From Gemmatimonadales bacterium (GTDB lineage: Bacteria > Gemmatimonadota > Gemmatimonadetes > Gemmatimonadales > GWC2-71-9): a DNA stretch of 64,000 bases. The notes beneath the pieces were generated by a model. The model had not been told where the DNA came from and did no database searches. It worked only from the letters and a program-made list of their open reading frames with translations. The stretch lies in NCBI GenBank assembly GCA_049680185.1, contig JBAUHI010000086.1, positions 13,231-77,230 of the forward strand, read 5' to 3'. Positions 39,161-47,195 of the stretch are shown here, one piece after another. Every line of letters starts with the position of its first letter. Position 1 is the first letter of the stretch. The position numbers and the translations under genes are program-made.

Positions 39161-40657
39161 GTGACCCCGATCTCATTCGAACCCGCCGTTCCGCCCCCTG
39201 CCAATGCGCTGGAGATGCGGCGTGTCCGGAAGACCTTCGGCGCGGTCGTGGCGCTCGATGGTGTGGACCTGACGGTGCGCGCCGGGGAGATCCACGCGCT
39301 GCTTGGGGAGAACGGGGCAGGGAAGTCGACGTTGATGCACATGGCCGCCGGTGTCCTGCTTCCCGATTCAGGTGCGATGGCGCTCCTCGGTGTTGACGGA
39401 TTCCCTGCGTCGCCGCGCGTCGCGACGAGGCGCGGCGTCGCAATGGTGCACCAGCACTTCACATCGATCCCTGCCCTCACGGTCGCGGAGAACATCGCCC
39501 TCGCGACCAGGTGGTCGGTCCGACCGCGGCAACTGGGCGCGAAGGTCCGCGACCTCCTGGCCACCTTAGGGCTGCCGCTCGATCCTGACGCGCTCGCCGG
39601 CACTCTCTCGGTGGGACTTCGCCAACGACTGGAGATCGCCAAGGCGCTCGCCGCGGGGCCGCGAGTGCTCCTGCTCGATGAACCGACCGGCGTGCTCGCA
39701 CCGGCGGAGGCCGTCGAACTCTTCCGAGCGCTCCGGCCGTTCGTGGCGGGCGGCGGCTCGGCAGTGCTCATCACGCACCGGATCGATGAAGCGCTGGAGC
39801 AAGCGGATGCGATCACGGTGCTCCGACAAGGTCGGGTCGTCCTCGCGAACGTGCGCGCCGCCGCTGTTGATCGCGAGATGCTGCTCGGGGCGATGCTCGG
39901 CTCCCACGACATCAGCCCGGAGGCGCCCAGGCGCACCCGCCCGATCGGGGCGGTGGCGATCGACGTGGACCGGCTATCGGTGGCGCGGGAAGGCCGCGGT
40001 GGCCTGGCGGTCCACGACGCCACGCTCCAGGTCCGGTCGGGCGAGATCGTGGTCGTCGCTGCGGTGGAAGGCAACGGACAACGGGAGTTGTTGCGGGCCA
40101 TCGCCGGTGTGGTGCCGATGGTCGGCGGGACGCGGAACGTTGCCGTGCCGGTGGCGTTCATCCCGGAGGACCGTACCACCGAGGCGCTGATCGGCGAGTT
40201 CACGTTGACCGAGAACCTGCAGTTGGGGGAGTTGGCAGTCCCGGGCGGCGCCTGGCTCGATCAGGCGAGCACGTACCGGCGCGCGGCAGAACTGCTGACG
40301 GAGAACGACATCAAGGCGGCTGGACCAGGCGCACTGGCCCGGAGCCTCAGTGGTGGCAATCAGCAGAAGTTCGTGAACGCACGGGCGCTCGACATCCATC
40401 CGGCGGTGCTGGTGGCCGAGCATCCCACGCGTGGGCTGGACGTGCGCGCGGCGGCGGCGGTCCATCGGCAGATCCGGGTTGCCGCCGACGGCGGGGCCGC
40501 CGTGCTCATGCACTGCCCCGACCTCGAGGAGGCGTTCGCGATCGCCGATCGGATTGTGGTGATGTCCGGTGGGCGGCTTCGTGATGTCCCGCCGGGTGCC
40601 GACCGCCGCGCCGTCGGAGAATTGATGCTCGATCCCGACGCGGGACGGGTCTCCTGA
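39161..40657 (+). CDS. ABC transporter ATP-binding protein, duplicated ATPase (sugar/nucleoside type)
   Basis: Two ABC cassettes. First Walker A GENGAGKST with signature LSVGLRQR, second signature LSGGNQQK. GTG start. Confidence 0.9.
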   Translation: MTPISFEPAVPPPANALEMRRVRKTFGAVVALDGVDLTVRAGEIHALLGENGAGKSTLMHMAAGVLLPDSGAMALLGVDGFPASPRVATRRGVAMVHQHFTSIPALTVAENIALATRWSVRPRQLGAKVRDLLATLGLPLDPDALAGTLSVGLRQRLEIAKALAAGPRVLLLDEPTGVLAPAEAVELFRALRPFVAGGGSAVLITHRIDEALEQADAITVLRQGRVVLANVRAAAVDREMLLGAMLGSHDISPEAPRRTRPIGAVAIDVDRLSVAREGRGGLAVHDATLQVRSGEIVVVAAVEGNGQRELLRAIAGVVPMVGGTRNVAVPVAFIPEDRTTEALIGEFTLTENLQLGELAVPGGAWLDQASTYRRAAELLTENDIKAAGPGALARSLSGGNQQKFVNARALDIHPAVLVAEHPTRGLDVRAAAAVHRQIRVAADGGAAVLMHCPDLEEAFAIADRIVVMSGGRLRDVPPGADRRAVGELMLDPDAGRVS

Positions 40658-40701
40658 CATCGTCGTGGCGGGAGCGGCGCAACGCCGTTGCCATCGCCGG
40701 G

Positions 40702-41688
40702 GTGGCGCTGGCCGTGGGTCTCGGTCTCCTGGTGGCAGGGCTGGCCGCTTCGGGGCACTCGCCGATGGTGGCGCTCGGTGCCATGTGGAGCGGCGCCTTC
40801 GGCTCCAAGTATGCGATCATGTCCTCGACGCTCCTGCGTGCCATTCCGCTCGTCATCGTCGGGCTGGGGATCGCGCTCGCGTTCAGGGCCGGTGCCCTCA
40901 ACATCGGGGGCGAGGGTCAGTTCTACGCGGGAGCCATCGCCGCGACCGCCGTCGGTGTGCACATGCAGGGGTGGCCGGCGCCCCTCGCGGTCACGGTGTT
41001 GCTGCTGGTGGCCGCGCTGGCAGGTGCGGTGTGGGCGGCGGTCCCGGCGTGGTTGCGGGTGCGCTACGGAGTGATGGAGGCGATCAGTACCCTCCTGCTC
41101 AACTTTGTTGCGCTGGCGCTGGTGAGCTGGGCCGTGACCGGTCCGCTCCAGGAGGCGCGACGGGCATATCCCCAGAGCGATCCGGTGGCGCTATCGGCGC
41201 GCCTGCCGCTGCTCTTCGGCTCGCGGCTCCATATCGGGATCATCATCGCCATCGTGCTGGCCGTCGGTCTGGCGGTGGTGTTCGCGCGGACCCGGTTCGG
41301 ATTTGCCCTCAAGGCCGCCGGAGTGGGCCCCAGGGCGGCGGCGCTGGTCGGGGGTGTCGACGTCGACCGTGTGGTGGCAACGGCATTGCTCGGCTCCGGC
41401 GCATTCGCAGGGTTGGCGGGAGGGATCGAAGTAGCGGGTGTCTCGTATGCGCTCTTCCAGAACCTTTCGCCGGGGTACGGATTCACCGCGATCGCGGTCG
41501 CACTGCTGGCGCGGCTCGATCCGCTGGGGGTCGTGGTGGCGGGGATCCTCTTCGGCGCGCTCGAGTCGGGCGCCGCCGCGATGCAGCGTGATGCGGGCGT
41601 GCCGAGTGTGGCGGTGTATGTCGTGGAAGCGGTGGTGATCATCGTCGTGCTGGTGGCCGATCGCTACGCGCGGGTGCGCGCCTCGTGA
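40702..41688 (+). CDS. ABC transporter permease (BMP system); true start probably upstream, possibly CTG 40654
   Basis: Typical permease motif NIGGEGQFYAGA. The first canonical start (GTG 40702) truncates the first TM helix. See the corresponding finding. Confidence 0.8.
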   Translation: MALAVGLGLLVAGLAASGHSPMVALGAMWSGAFGSKYAIMSSTLLRAIPLVIVGLGIALAFRAGALNIGGEGQFYAGAIAATAVGVHMQGWPAPLAVTVLLLVAALAGAVWAAVPAWLRVRYGVMEAISTLLLNFVALALVSWAVTGPLQEARRAYPQSDPVALSARLPLLFGSRLHIGIIIAIVLAVGLAVVFARTRFGFALKAAGVGPRAAALVGGVDVDRVVATALLGSGAFAGLAGGIEVAGVSYALFQNLSPGYGFTAIAVALLARLDPLGVVVAGILFGALESGAAAMQRDAGVPSVAVYVVEAVVIIVVLVADRYARVRAS

Positions 41689-42590
41689 ACATGCTTCTGG
41701 TCGCTGGGTTCGGGGCGGCGGCGGTGCGGATCGCGACGCCACTGCTCCTCGCGGCCTTGGGCGAGACCATCGCCGAGCGCGGCGGGGTGCTCGATCTCGG
41801 GATCGAAGGGGCGATGCTCATCGGTGCCCTCGCATCGGTGTTCGGCGCGGTGGCGGGCGGACCGTGGGCCGGCATCGTGGTCGGTGCCACGGCGGGGGCG
41901 CTCACGGCCGCTCTGTTCGCCGCGGTGGCGCTTGGCGCCGGTGCGGACCAGGTCGTCACCGGGACTGCCATCACCCTGGGCGCCACCGGGCTCACCGGCG
42001 CCATCTACCGGATGACGTATGGATCCGCCAGCGGCGCCCTACAGTTGCCGACACTCCCCAACGTCCACCTGCCTTTGCTCGGCGACATCCCGATCATCGG
42101 GCCGGCGCTCTTCGATCAACCGTGGGTGACGTACGCGTGCTATCTGGCCGTCCCCCTCGTCTGGTGGGTCCTCTTCCGGACACGGTGGGGCCTGGAACTG
42201 CGGGCGGCGGGCGAATCTCCCTCAGCTGCTGCGGCATCGGGGGTGCAGGTGCTGCGAGTGCGCGTCACGGCGACCGTGATCGGCGGGGCATTTGCTGGAC
42301 TCGCTGGTGCCAGCCTCGTGCTTACACAGATCGGGACATTCTCCGAGAACATGACCGCCGGTCGAGGATTCATCGCGATCGCGATCGTGGTGCTGGGCCG
42401 GTGGAGCCCCTTCCGCGTGGCGATCGCGGCGCTGGCATTCGGAGCACTTACCGCGTTGCAGTTCTTGCTGCAGGGACTCGGGTTGAACGTTCCGTATCAG
42501 CTGTTCCTGGTGCTACCGTATGCCGTTGCGCTCCTGGCGCTCGGCGGGGCGGTCGGGCGCACCCGTGCTCCGGAATCGCTGGGGCGCTGA
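41685..42590 (+). CDS. ABC transporter permease (BMP system, second subunit)
   Basis: LGETIAERGGVLDLGIEGAML motif and 8-10 TM helices. The GTG overlaps the upstream stop. Confidence 0.85.
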   Translation: MNMLLVAGFGAAAVRIATPLLLAALGETIAERGGVLDLGIEGAMLIGALASVFGAVAGGPWAGIVVGATAGALTAALFAAVALGAGADQVVTGTAITLGATGLTGAIYRMTYGSASGALQLPTLPNVHLPLLGDIPIIGPALFDQPWVTYACYLAVPLVWWVLFRTRWGLELRAAGESPSAAAASGVQVLRVRVTATVIGGAFAGLAGASLVLTQIGTFSENMTAGRGFIAIAIVVLGRWSPFRVAIAALAFGALTALQFLLQGLGLNVPYQLFLVLPYAVALLALGGAVGRTRAPESLGR

Positions 42591-42665
42591 CCCCAGGGTG
42601 TCGGAGCGTCCCTCTTCCCGCCAAATTGACGCAACGATGCAGGTGTTCATCCCATCCAACCGGCT

Positions 42666-43247
42666 GTGCACGCCACAGAACAAGGGTCGGTGACGTTGAC
42701 CGTCAGCTCGCAAGTCATTGCCAGTGAAGGAGATGGTGATGATGTGGCCCTTGCGCAGGCAGGGGACGAGTTGGCGTTCGAGCGATTGTACCGCCGACAC
42801 TCACCGCGGATATACAACCTGGCTTGGCGGATGCTCGGCGAGGACCACGCCGCCGACGCCACTCAACAGGTGTTCATCCGCGTCTGGTACAAACTCGGGA
42901 CCTTCCGGGGGGAGAGTCGATTCGGCACCTGGCTCCACCGGCTGGCGGTGAACGTTTTCCTGGGTGAACGCGGAGCATTAGGCACCGCGCGGACCAGATT
43001 CCACGACGACGATGGACCGTTGGAGCTGGTGCCGAGTGGCGCACGGGACTCGAGCCCCGAGTTCGCGATGGATTTCGATGCCGCAGTGTCGCGATTGCCG
43101 GACGGATATCGAAAAGTGTTCTTGCTGCACGATGTCGAGGGATACACCCACGAAGAGATCGGGGTGGCGCTTGGCATCGCGACCGGCAGTTCCAAGGCCG
43201 CGCTCCATCGGGCGCGTAATGCGTTGCGGAAACACCTGGACCGGTAG
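42666..43247 (+). CDS. ECF-type RNA polymerase sigma factor
   Basis: Region 2 FERLYRRHSPRIYNLAWRMLG...DATQQVFIRVW and region 4 YRKVFLLHDVEGYTHEEIGVALGIATGSSKAALHRAR. Confidence 0.9.
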   Translation: MHATEQGSVTLTVSSQVIASEGDGDDVALAQAGDELAFERLYRRHSPRIYNLAWRMLGEDHAADATQQVFIRVWYKLGTFRGESRFGTWLHRLAVNVFLGERGALGTARTRFHDDDGPLELVPSGARDSSPEFAMDFDAAVSRLPDGYRKVFLLHDVEGYTHEEIGVALGIATGSSKAALHRARNALRKHLDR

Positions 43248-43261
43248 GACCGGAGGACCGA

Positions 43262-44008
43262 ATGGACGACCTGATGATGTCGCGACTGTCGGAATATGTG
43301 GATGGCACGCTCCCGCCTGCGGAACGCGCGGCGGTGGAGCAGTGGCTGGCCGAGCATCCGGCGGGACGGCGGGCCGTCGTGGAACTGGCGCAGGTCAAGC
43401 ATCAAGCGACCGCGCTGCCGATGCGAGCCGTGCCGGAGACCGTGTGGTCGGGGGTGCGGGCGGGGATCGATGGACCGCGGGTGAGCACGACGGCGGGGCC
43501 GCTGGTCCGGAGTCGCGTGAGTTTTTCGATGTCACAGCTTGCCGCCGCGGCGAGCGTCTTGCTTGCGGTCGGCGCCGTCGGCACGTGGTGGGCGCTCCGC
43601 GATCACGGCAGCGTCACGCCCTCGGTCGTGACGCAACCTCTTGTTGCCGTGCTCCATCCTACTGACGCGACGGGGGGCGCCACGCCACTCGTTCCCGATC
43701 GTCCGGTGCCGGCGGCGCCAGAGCGGCAGACGCGGCTGATCGCCAACACCACGCGGGCCGACCAGAGTTACGACCACGCCATCGAGGACCTGCAGCGCGT
43801 GGTGACGGACAATCGGGAGCGCTTGAGCCCTGCCACCGTCAAGGTCATCGACCAGAGCCTGGCGCGGATCGACGCAGCGTTGGCGCGGGCCACGCGAGCC
43901 CTCAAGCAGGATCCGCGCAACACCTATTTGAATGATCACGTGACCGAGATGCGGCAGCGGAAGCTCCAGCTGCTCCAACGGACCGCCGGACTGGTCTCGG
44001 CAAGCTGA
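43262..44008 (+). CDS. anti-sigma factor (single-pass membrane protein)
   Basis: The N-terminal anti-sigma domain LSEYVDGTLPPAERAAVEQWLAEHP is zf-HC2-like but lacks the Cys ligands. TM segment LAAAASVLLAVGAVGTWWAL. It lies immediately after the ECF sigma gene. Confidence 0.7.
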   Translation: MDDLMMSRLSEYVDGTLPPAERAAVEQWLAEHPAGRRAVVELAQVKHQATALPMRAVPETVWSGVRAGIDGPRVSTTAGPLVRSRVSFSMSQLAAAASVLLAVGAVGTWWALRDHGSVTPSVVTQPLVAVLHPTDATGGATPLVPDRPVPAAPERQTRLIANTTRADQSYDHAIEDLQRVVTDNRERLSPATVKVIDQSLARIDAALARATRALKQDPRNTYLNDHVTEMRQRKLQLLQRTAGLVSAS

Positions 44009-44027
44009 ACCGAACGGAGAGACTGCC

Positions 44028-45005
44028 ATGCTGTTGCTGACGATGACCGCGCTCGTCCTCGCGAACTTTCAACAGGGGGCGACCCCGCCCCGGCCCCCGC
44101 GCCCGCCGCGCGCCCCGATCGTGGTGACGCCAAGGGTGCACGTGGATGTGTCGGCCGATCGGGACGATCAGGCCGATGAGGACGGCAGCACTGCCGGGAC
44201 CACCGACACGACCATCGCGGTCGAGAAGGGTGTGCGCCTTTCGGTCGACAACTTCTCCGGCCACATCACCGTGGTCGGGTGGGACCAGGACAAGGTCCGC
44301 GTGAAGACCGGCGGCGATGATCAGAGCGGTGTCGATGTGTCGGGTGGGACCGTGACCCTGCGGGTCAACGGCAATGGTGGACGCTGGGGAGACCAGGAGG
44401 ATCACGACATCACCGTCTCCGTGCCGGCCTGGATGGAGCTCGACCTGAGCGGCAACGAGGTGGACATCGATGTAAGCGGCGTTCGCGGGTCGGTGCGGGC
44501 GGAGACCGTCGAAGGCACCGTCTCGCTCAAGGGCGGCGATGGCACCATCTCCCTCAAGTCCGTCGACGGCGACATCACCGTCTCCGGTGCGAAGGGACGG
44601 ATCGGACTCAACACCGTGGAAGGGGAGATCCGCGCGACCGACATCGCCGGCGACCTCGACGTGCAGTCGGTGGACGGAGAGATCACCCTGGACGGGGTGG
44701 ACTCGCGTTCGGTGAATGCGAGCTCGGTGGATGGCTCGATCCGCTTCTCGGGCCCGATCAACGCGGGCGGGACGTACCATCTCGAGTCCCACGACGGCGA
44801 TGTGGTCCTCCTGACCGACGGTGCGCCCGACGCGGTGATGTCGATCAGCACCTTCGATGGTGAGTTCGAATCCGATTACCCGGTGACCGTGACCGGTGCC
44901 AATTCCAACCGGCGGATGACCTTCACGCTGGGCGCCGGCAAGGCCCGGGTGGAGCTGCAGACGTTCGACGGCAAGATCTCACTGCGGCGCGCACCTGCGC
45001 GCTGA
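44028..45005 (+). CDS. DUF4097-family beta-helical repeat protein
   Basis: Repeats of the type V.G.I.L/V.G.V.V...SVDGDITV...TVEGEIRA...SVDGEITL...SVDGSIRF. N-terminal hydrophobic segment, then a PRPPRPPRAP linker. Confidence 0.75.
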   Translation: MLLLTMTALVLANFQQGATPPRPPRPPRAPIVVTPRVHVDVSADRDDQADEDGSTAGTTDTTIAVEKGVRLSVDNFSGHITVVGWDQDKVRVKTGGDDQSGVDVSGGTVTLRVNGNGGRWGDQEDHDITVSVPAWMELDLSGNEVDIDVSGVRGSVRAETVEGTVSLKGGDGTISLKSVDGDITVSGAKGRIGLNTVEGEIRATDIAGDLDVQSVDGEITLDGVDSRSVNASSVDGSIRFSGPINAGGTYHLESHDGDVVLLTDGAPDAVMSISTFDGEFESDYPVTVTGANSNRRMTFTLGAGKARVELQTFDGKISLRRAPAR

Positions 45006-45027
45006 ACCATCCAGACGGAGCGATGCG

Positions 45028-45810
45028 ATGCGCGGTTCGATGATGCTTCTGACGCTGGCCCTCGCGGCGGGGACCGCCGCACCGGCAGCGGCGCAGGATT
45101 TCAGCTGGAAGGGCACGTTGGCGGCGGGGAAGATGCTCGAGGTGAGAGGCGTGATCGGCGGGATCCACGCCAGTCTCGCCTCGGGAGATCAGATCGAGGT
45201 GACGGCGACCAAGCGGGGGCGCCACAGCGATCCCGCAGACGTGAAGATCCAGGTGGTGCCGTGGGATGGCGGGGTCACCATCTGTGCCGTCTACCCGACG
45301 CCGCGGCGCGCCCGCCACGAGAACGAGTGCGCCCCGCAAGGCGGCGGTTCGATGAGCACCGACAACAACGATGTGTCGGTGGAGTTCACGGTGAAGGTGC
45401 CTGCCAAGGTGAACTTCACCGGGGCCACGGTCAACGGGCAGGTGTCGGCAGACGGCCTGGGCGGCGATGCCGACCTGTCGACCGTCAACGGCGACGTATC
45501 AGTGAGCGCTGCCGGAGTGGTCGAGGCGACGACAGTGAACGGATCGATCGACGCCACGAGCGGGAAGAACAACTGGGAGGGAGCGCTCAAGTTCAACACC
45601 GTCAACGGCGGGATCACACTGCGGGTGCCCGATGGGCTGAATGCCGACCTGCGGGCGTCCACCGTCAACGGCAGGATCACCACCGACTTCCCGGTGACCG
45701 TCACGGGCTCGATGAGCCCGCGGAGCCTCAAGGGGAGGATCGGGACTGGCGGACGGGATCTCGACATGGAGACGGTGAACGGGTCGATCGAGATACGGAA
45801 GAAAGGCTAG
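45028..45810 (+). CDS. DUF4097-family beta-helical repeat protein (second paralogue)
   Basis: Signal peptide MRGSMMLLTLALAAGTAAPAAAQ. Repeats TVNGQVSA, TVNGDVSV, TVNGSIDA, TVNGGITL, TVNGRITT and TVNGSIEI. Confidence 0.8.
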   Translation: MRGSMMLLTLALAAGTAAPAAAQDFSWKGTLAAGKMLEVRGVIGGIHASLASGDQIEVTATKRGRHSDPADVKIQVVPWDGGVTICAVYPTPRRARHENECAPQGGGSMSTDNNDVSVEFTVKVPAKVNFTGATVNGQVSADGLGGDADLSTVNGDVSVSAAGVVEATTVNGSIDATSGKNNWEGALKFNTVNGGITLRVPDGLNADLRASTVNGRITTDFPVTVTGSMSPRSLKGRIGTGGRDLDMETVNGSIEIRKKG

Positions 45811-45891
45811 AGGCTGGAGGCTGGGGGAGGCTAGAGGCTAAAGGCCAAGAGCTGAGGGCTTGAAGCTGATAGCAGATAGCTGATAGCTGCC
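45805..45891. repeat. tandem heptamer array (13 units; GGCTNGA then AGCTGAT types)
   Basis: GGCTAGA GGCTGGA GGCTGGG (GGA) GGCTAGA GGCTAAA GGCCAAG AGCTGAG GGCTTGA AGCTGAT AGCAGAT AGCTGAT AGCTGCC. Unit 1 contains the TAG stop of the DUF4097 gene. Confidence 0.85.
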
Positions 45892-45902
45892 ACCGGCCCT
45901 TT

Positions 45903-46277
45903 TCACTCTGGTGGCTTTTCTTCGAACTGTTCCCAGAGCGCGATGCGATTGCCATCGGGATCGGCAACGAGGGCCATGATCCCCCACGATTGGCGGGTCG
46001 GCTCCGATACGAACGTCACACCGGCGTCCATCAGGTCACTGCAATAATCCAGTATGCCAGGAATGTGGAGCACCAGACCCGTGTCGCGGCCCACCATCTC
46101 CTTGGCACTGGGATGATTGGCCGGATGCACGCCGAGCTTGGTGCCGCCGACGAAGAACTCGGCGCCGAACGTTCCCTGCTTGGCGAGCGGGAGCTTGAGC
46201 GTGTCGCGATAGAACGCGATGGCGCGTTCGATGTCAGTGACAAAGATGGCGGCGGAGTAGAGCGATGGGGCGGTCAT
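45903..46277 (-). CDS. VOC/glyoxalase-bleomycin-resistance family protein
   Basis: IFVTDIERAIAFYRDTLKL...GVHPANH...DPDGNRIALWE is the typical VOC fold signature. Confidence 0.85.
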   Translation of the reverse strand: MTAPSLYSAAIFVTDIERAIAFYRDTLKLPLAKQGTFGAEFFVGGTKLGVHPANHPSAKEMVGRDTGLVLHIPGILDYCSDLMDAGVTFVSEPTRQSWGIMALVADPDGNRIALWEQFEEKPPE

Positions 46278-46536
46278 GGGGGTGGCGAGTGGCGGGTGGT
46301 GGGTGAAATGCGACGGGTGCCGGCTCCGGCGTGAAACCTAGCGGGATGACGTTCGGTGACACCCTTCCTCACAAGTAGAGAGGCTCCATCGCGGCCCCGC
46401 TCATGCGCGAGTGGACTCGCGGCTGCAACATATTGGAAAACACTGACCTGTGGGGGTCGCCTGCGGAGACCCTTTGCGGATGGCTCGGAGATTCAAGTGT
46501 GGGTCGCCGCAAGCGACCCCCACGCCTCATCGGAGC

Positions 46537-46680
46537 TACTTCCCCTTCCCGCTCTCCACCGCCGACAAGTTCCGCTGCAATCCCGCCCGCCCCGCCCGCG
46601 CCAGCGGTGTTCCGCCGACGCGGTCCTCGATCAATTGCCGTCTGTGGAACGCATGCACCACCGTTTGAACTCCGAGACGT
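46537..46680 (-). pseudogene. orphan duplicated 3' end of queG (about 45 codons, no upstream body)
   Basis: The minus-strand frame reads ...AFHRRQLIEDRVGGTPLARAGRAGLQRNLSAVESGKGK*. This parallels the C-terminus of the intact QueG, ...DFEERFGGTPLARAGREGLLRNVAAVEQGG*. A 31-nt near-identical core lies at 46586-46616 and at 47240-47270. Confidence 0.6.
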
Positions 46681-47158
46681 TGCCGAGCACCACGGCGGAG
46701 TCGGGCGGAATAACCGGCTTGGCCGTGAAGTCTCGGGTAACGAGTTCAGCAACCTCGGAGGCCCATTCATCATCAGGATCCGGCGGGCGGGCCGAATCAG
46801 CACGCACCACCACGTGGAGTATCGGCAGTCCCTGGCGGTCAAGCCCGACGTATATCCCAGCCATCCCGACATCCATATGACCAGATTGCTGAAACCGCAG
46901 TGCATAAGGCCTTAAACCGTCACACCGATACCAACGCTTCGAGTCATCGGCGAATAGGGCCCATTGCCCATCCCGAACGGAATCAGGAAGCACAACCGAG
47001 GGCGGCACATCTCCGGTCAACCTGAACTGGTAGTCGACATATGCCACAGGATAGCAATACGGCGTGAAGCCCATCACGGCGAGCCCCACAAGAACGGGTG
47101 TCAACCAACCCCTTCCATGCAACGGTCGTGTGCCCTGCATCTCGGTCAAGATCCGCAT
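46631..47158 (-). CDS. hypothetical membrane-anchored protein on a low-GC insert
   Basis: ATG 47158 is preceded by AAGGTGAGG. One TM (WLTPVLVGLAVMGF), then a 140-aa domain with no recognisable motif. GC and GC3 are visibly lower than in the flanking genes. Confidence 0.5.
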   Translation of the reverse strand: MRILTEMQGTRPLHGRGWLTPVLVGLAVMGFTPYCYPVAYVDYQFRLTGDVPPSVVLPDSVRDGQWALFADDSKRWYRCDGLRPYALRFQQSGHMDVGMAGIYVGLDRQGLPILHVVVRADSARPPDPDDEWASEVAELVTRDFTAKPVIPPDSAVVLGNVSEFKRWCMRSTDGN

Positions 47159-47195
47159 TGGCCTCACCTTCCCGGCTAGTGATGAGTGCCCTTCC

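Noticed and set aside
38113-40203. 696-aa minus-strand ORF
   Set aside because: It is antisense to the Nif3 and ABC ATPase genes. The translation is low-complexity (Ser/Arg/Ala/Thr-rich).
45805-45891. Could the short tandem arrays be CRISPR arrays?
   Set aside because: The units are 7 nt with no unique spacers between them. No cas genes or leader are present. CRISPR repeats are about 24-48 nt separated by spacers.
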